Positions 57,517-64,000 of a stretch of DNA of 64,000 bases are shown one piece after another. The DNA is taken from positions 37,386,001-37,450,000 of the forward strand of contig OZ024753.1 of assembly GCA_964016885.1 (NCBI GenBank). The letters are read 5' to 3'. A program made the position numbers and the translations under genes. Under the pieces are notes generated by a model. The model was not told where the DNA came from. It was given only the letters and a program-made list of their open reading frames with translations, and ran no database searches. Source of the DNA: Eledone cirrhosa (Eukaryota). How positions within the stretch are numbered: the stretch's first letter is position 1; each line of letters begins with the position of its first letter.

Positions 57517-57706
57517 ATATAGATGAGATTCTACAGGACTAGAACTGTTTCATTCTTTAGAAATCATCAGGGGATTCCTGATGATTTCTAAAGAATGAAA
57601 CAGTTCTAGTCCTGTAGAATCTCATCTATATTAAAACTTTTATACTCTGCAATGTATTGAGTACCTTACTTACTGTGGTTACCTCCGATTCAACCCGGAA
57701 TAACGT
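57517..57706 (+). mobile_element. Family E fold-back mini-element
   Basis: Perfect palindrome 57517-57631 with about 55-bp arms and a 5-nt loop, plus a tail ending at a TA-rich tract. Confidence 0.88.
57573..57621 (+). ncRNA. Type I hammerhead ribozyme (family E)
   Basis: gattc-CTGATGA-tttc(taaa)gaat-GAAA-cag(ttctagtc)ct-GTA-gaatc, with all three stems present. Confidence 0.82.
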
Positions 57707-57819
57707 ATATATCAATATATATATATATATCAATATATATCAATATATATATATCAATATATATATATATATCAATATATATCAATATATATATATCAAT
57801 ATATATAGAGAAAGAGATA

Positions 57820-57948
57820 GATCTAGCTGTCGAAACGGCCGGAGCTCAGCCGTCAGGGTCCTTTTCATATTACCCACTCTACTACCCTAAGTATTGAGTA
57901 CTCTGGTGCGTTATGGTCCAGCTGGTATCTTACCACATCCTCTTTGTT
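57820..57948 (+). mobile_element. Family B mini-element (diverged)
   Basis: gtcgaaacggccggagctcagccgtcagggtcc...attacccactctactaccctaagtattgagtac. Confidence 0.8.
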
Positions 57949-58053
57949 ATGTGTATATATATATTTGCACTGAAGTGTGTTCCATAAATACTAGTGAACA
58001 TAAAACATTTAAACTGAATAACCACTGAATACATGCGAACAATGTCATATATT

Positions 58054-58094
<41 letters not shown>

Positions 58095-59481
58095 CTAAAT
58101 CTAAGCGTGTTTATATGTGTGTGTGTCTGTGTGAGTGTATGTGCATGCGTGAAAATTGACATATATCTAGCAATGTCCATCATTTAGTGTGACATAACGA
58201 AAACAGAATGTCCAACGCAAAACCTAAATATTAATATATTTACATAGATTTAGAGCGTAGCATAGAATTATTTACACAAAGAGTGCTACAATCAAGTAGC
58301 ATATTAAAATAAATATATATGGAGTAATATCTTAATCGACGCTGAGTTTCAGCAGGGAGTCACGCTCCCTCGTCAAAAGGTCATGAAGGACAATCTGAAT
58401 TTTGTTCATATATTATATATTGGAGCTTTCGTTCGGATAATGCCGCACCATAATTTGGTGAAACTGAAGGCGCGGAAATGCTATCAATTTATGAAAATGT
58501 TCCGCTATATTCTAGTCATGTGACACCAAAATGAGATGGCGTGGGAAAACTCCCGATATTAACGTGGGAAGCTGCTGAATCATCACATTTCTTTGTATAT
58601 AAGTCTGTATATAGAAAAGTGAATGATATCAAATATAAATCGAAAGCGAATCAAAATTGAGACCTAAATAGGGTTTATATAGATTAATAAAGTTCTAACA
58701 AAGTATATTGTCATTTATCCCGATATATTTCGTCTGTGTTACTGTAAACAAAGTGTTAAATATATGTAAATAATTTTACATACAATCACGAATGAACAAC
58801 CAAGAAACATATTGACTTCGATCTTAAGCACAAGATATTTGGGGGGTAAGGCAACAAATTTCGGGAAGGGCAAAGTTAATTAAATCAATCTTAGTATTTG
58901 GCTGCTATTTTCATTTATCGAACTTGGAAGGGTAAAAGACGACATTGACAGTGAAGTAAAATCTTTCTCTGGGTTACTTTAACTTTCTACCTAAATATCC
59001 AATTGTATATACAAAACTCTGAGCGAGATCTTACATTATCTTACTTTATAGGGCAACAGTATATTTAAAAAAGAATCCTTACTATAGATGATGAACATGA
59101 AAACAAAATTTACGATAGAGTAAAAAAAAAAATAAACTATATAAGTTTGTCTGAGCTACTTTAAAACAACTTTCAAGCGAAATGTTTCTTTAAAATTTGG
59201 AATGAATCCTCTAAAGGTTAAACCCTCAGGTCGAAAGCACAGCTTTCTAATCTTATCGTCGCTTCGCAGTTATACGTTCGTTTGATAAGGACATATCCTG
59301 TTGGTTTTGTTTTTGTTTTGTTGTTTTGTTGTTTATATTTTATAGCTAGGTGACAGGTCGATAACCAGATGGAACAAATCCTGAATTCTTATATATATAT
59401 CTTATATATATCCTTACATGTATTTCTCTCAACTTTCAACTTCTTTATATATATGTGTGTATGCATGCATGTATATATATA

Positions 59482-59609
<128 letters not shown>

Positions 59610-59778
59610 TATGTATATATGTATAAATATACATATATACATATGTATATATACATATATGTATATATGCATATGTACATATATATACATATATATGTAT
59701 ATATGTACACAAACAAACACAGACACATGCATATACAAATATGTATGTGTATATATATATATGTGCATATATATATAT

Positions 59779-59871
<93 letters not shown>

Positions 59872-59893
59872 CATATATATTTATATATATATA

Positions 59894-59942
<49 letters not shown>

Positions 59943-61056
59943 CATACATACGCAAATGCTGTGTGTGGAGGTGGGGGAGAGGGTAATTGAAACAGCAAAG
60001 GAAGTCTTGAAAATGTCTTCTATGTAATACATAAAAGAAAGAATGATCTATTTAGAAAATACAGTTAACCAATATGTCAATGTCGCCATTGAGGAGAAAT
60101 AGAAAGTCTAACAATGAAACTATTTATTCGGTCAAACTACGAAGCAGCTACGTCAGTAATTTTAAAGTGTTTTTATTGTTGTTCTTCTTACTTCTTTCTG
60201 TTCCTCTTTTACGTTGCTCTTTCCTTTACTTGTTCGTTCATTCGTTCGTTTATTCGTTCATTTTCTGTGTGGGTATTTTTGTTTATAACGTCTTCCATTT
60301 TCCGTTCATTTTCCTGTTTTCTTTTTGTAATTCTCTTTCATTTTTCTAATTTATGGGACATGAGTCGACTGACAAATGACAGCAGATATAGACTAGAGCG
60401 ACATTTTTCAAACATTTTTCTTTCCTGTGACCCTCAGCAAGAGCTGTATTTAATATTACAACCCAGTATTTGTAATAAATCAGATACAAACTCTATGAAC
60501 TATGCTCCCAATTTTTTTTTACATTTTCTCAAATTAAATTCATATTTTTTCTTAAATTACACATTTCTGTTTTCAAGAAATAAAACAGAAAATACAATAA
60601 ATAATGACATTCTAGGAAAAAAAGATTCATTAAACTGCACTTTTCGTACGTTTTGCTTCCTTAATAAGGCCTGCCATCCTCTAAAAAGGGGGGTGGGGTA
60701 GTACCATGAAAAGTAGTGCCGCAAAACGGGGAGAAATGAGGCAAAATGGGGAAATTTTACATAATGAAAGCTATGCCATCTCTCACCTCCCCCAAAGTCG
60801 GTGGGAGATCTCCCCTCGGACGGGGAGTGTTGACAGGTGTGCTTAATGTCGCGACACATGGCTCCTACAGGACCAGAACCGTTTCATTCGTATAAAATCA
60901 TCATGCATTTCTGGTAACTTCAAACGAATGAAGCTATTTCTATATTAACTATTAATGTTCACACTCTACTAATGTATTGAGTACCATATTAATTGTGGTT
61001 AGCTCTGATTTAACTTGGGATGTATATATATATTGATATATATGTGTGTATATATA

Positions 61057-61117
<61 letters not shown>

Positions 61118-61195
61118 TATATAATATTTTGAGAATAAGCTCTCAGTCCTTTACAATAATTAAGCTCCAGGAAAGGGGCATTTCCGAGCAGTTAA

Positions 61196-61482
61196 ATACA
61201 TTAAAATACATTAAAATATATGATAAACACAAAACGTGTTTGCATTGCAACAGACAGTCAGCTATTAATGAAATAAACTAATTAAAGTGAATACAATTTG
61301 TCTGTCTCGATATAAGTCAATAAAGACAAGCATTATATTGGCAACTGCCATGATTCTTTATTGACTTATATCGAGACAGACAAATTGTATTCACTTTAAT
61401 TAGTTTATTTCATTAATAGCTGACTGTCTGTTGCAATGCAAACACGTTTTGTGTTTATCATATATTTTAATGTATTTTAATG

Positions 61483-61485
<3 letters not shown>
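61196..61485. repeat. Perfect fold-back: 131-bp arms, 28-nt spacer, between (TA)n tracts
   Basis: 61196-61326 is the reverse complement of 61355-61485. Confidence 0.92.
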
Positions 61486-61536
<51 letters not shown>

Positions 61537-61541
<5 letters not shown>

Positions 61542-61600
61542 TAAAATAACAGATTAAAGTTTAAGCAAAGAATCTCTGCTTTCACCCTTAACGGGATCTT
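61537..61600 (-). mobile_element. Family C mini-element truncated inside the HHR core
   Basis: Reverse complement aagatcccgttaagggtgaaagcagagattctttgcttaaact. Confidence 0.8.
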
Positions 61601-61827
61601 ATATATATATCGGTGGATATGATTGTATAGATGATAATAGAATATTTCCTACACCGACAATCATTCTCTTTGATCAGTGTTCTATGAAGGAGAAAATCAA
61701 CCCGTAGGTTGTTCAGCTTTGATGTCCAGTGTGATAGAAGTTAATAAGTACAAAGCTGTTCATGTATTTAACTTATTTATACAAGATTGAGGTTTACCTC
61801 TCTCTAGCTCTCCTACACACACACATA

Positions 61828-62345
<518 letters not shown>

Positions 62346-62454
62346 GGCGGGGAACCCCGCCTAAAAGACGCTGGGTTCTTCATCCGGCTTGAAATTATCC
62401 TTGTCGGCTCGCGAAAAAATTAATATATATTTGTGATATATTTATATATCTATC

Positions 62455-62879
62455 TAAAGTTTTATTTAAAATTGTTGGGTTACAACGAGTAAAACCCCCC
62501 AACCCTACGCACACGTACACACACACCCTCGTACACCACCCACTCTACACACCCTACCACCACTGACCCCCACTCACACCCGCATTCAACCCTTTCTCCA
62601 CCTCCAGTATACTAACACCCACTAACACTCCCTTCACCACACCCACACACCAGTACACTACACTCCCTCCATCGGCCCCCACACCCTTCTCTCCCCGCTC
62701 CACCCACACCCTTTCTCAAACACTCACACATCCCACTAACACCTCTACTAATACACCCCCCCTCCCCACTCCAATTTTATAACTGATATAAAGCACTCAA
62801 CAAGTTTTGGAGTAGATATACGATATTAAACAAATGGTTTTATAAATATATTTTCCATTTGTTTAATATCGTATATCTA
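62455..62879 (-). mobile_element. Family F terminal segment with fold-back, interrupted by a C/A-rich tract (62496-62772)
   Basis: Collinear with 55272-55360 on both sides of the insert; hairpin at 62813-62879. Confidence 0.7.
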
Positions 62880-62891
62880 TATATATATATA

Positions 62892-62999
<108 letters not shown>

Positions 63000-63014
63000 G
63001 ATGGATAGATAGAT

Positions 63015-63046
<32 letters not shown>

Positions 63047-63308
63047 TACATATATACGTACATACACATACATACAAACATGCATACATACATACATACA
63101 TACATACATACATACATACATACATACATACATACATACATACATACATACCTTGCCACCAGGAAGGTGGCCGGTCAAAAAAAATATACTCGAAATTAAG
63201 AGAAAGAGGAAACATACATACACATATCGGTGAATGTGATTCTAAGATGAAAAGAAACGTTGAGAAGTTAATAAGTACAAAGTTAGTATTTCATCAAAAG
63301 TAAATATA

Positions 63309-63407
<99 letters not shown>

Positions 63408-63478
63408 CATAAATATATATATATACAGAGAGATAAGAATATACCTGTTTTAAACTAGTAAAGCCGTCGGGCCTTGAC

Positions 63479-63575
<97 letters not shown>

Positions 63576-63844
63576 TATACATATATACCCCACTTATCTT
63601 ATAGATTTCGGTATTCTCATTTGACAGGGCGTTTACAACCTTGAGAGATACAGAACCCCTTTGAACACAGCATATTTTGCTTTATTTTAAGTTTAAATAA
63701 ATAACTTTATTTTGAGAAGTATCCTCAGCGAAACCTCAAAATATGCATAAATTGAGAGATGTACGTATTGGGTTGCAGATTGTAAATAAGGGAAGATCTT
63801 GTTATATATTTTTAACTAAACAATCAGAACTATATCTTAATCGA

Positions 63845-63990
63845 AGGCGGTTGTTTGGTAGAATCGTTATAAATGTGAAATACGTAGAATGCGTTGCAGT
63901 ATTTGTTTTGAATTTCTACGTTCTGAGTTCAAATCCTGTCGTGGTTGAATTTAACTCTCATCCTTTCGAAGTCGATAAAGTACCAGCCCA
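63845..63990 (+). mobile_element. Diverged Meta-domain-like SINE
   Basis: gagttcaaatcctgtcg...tcatcctttcgaagtcgataaagtaccag. Confidence 0.7.
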
Positions 63991-64000
63991 ATTGTGTAAT

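Noticed and set aside
60114-60701. 195-aa ORF
   Set aside because: Low-complexity T-rich composition with no motif

Overview
Very AT-rich, microsatellite-saturated eukaryotic DNA. The SINE, LINE and (TA)n content resembles an octopus/cephalopod genome (inference from repeat content). No intact host protein-coding gene is supportable: almost all ORFs in the track are translations of (TA)n, (TG)n, (GA)n or trinucleotide tracts. Recognisable coding remnants are a Penelope-like element (PLE) reverse transcriptase fragment (61940-62345, minus), a CRE-clade endonuclease C-terminus (30946-31205), and CR1-like and RTE-like LINE 3' ends. Also present are many tRNA-derived SINEs, mariner-like and piggyBac-like MITEs, and several minisatellites. 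The main unexplained structure is a population of short elements lodged in (TA)n tracts, often built as fold-back palindromes. At least eight different families carry type I hammerhead ribozyme (HHR) motifs, including recurrent non-canonical cores: a compensatory U3-A8 pair, U4A, U4C and U10.1-U11.1. All folds were read by eye; none has been tested computationally or biochemically.
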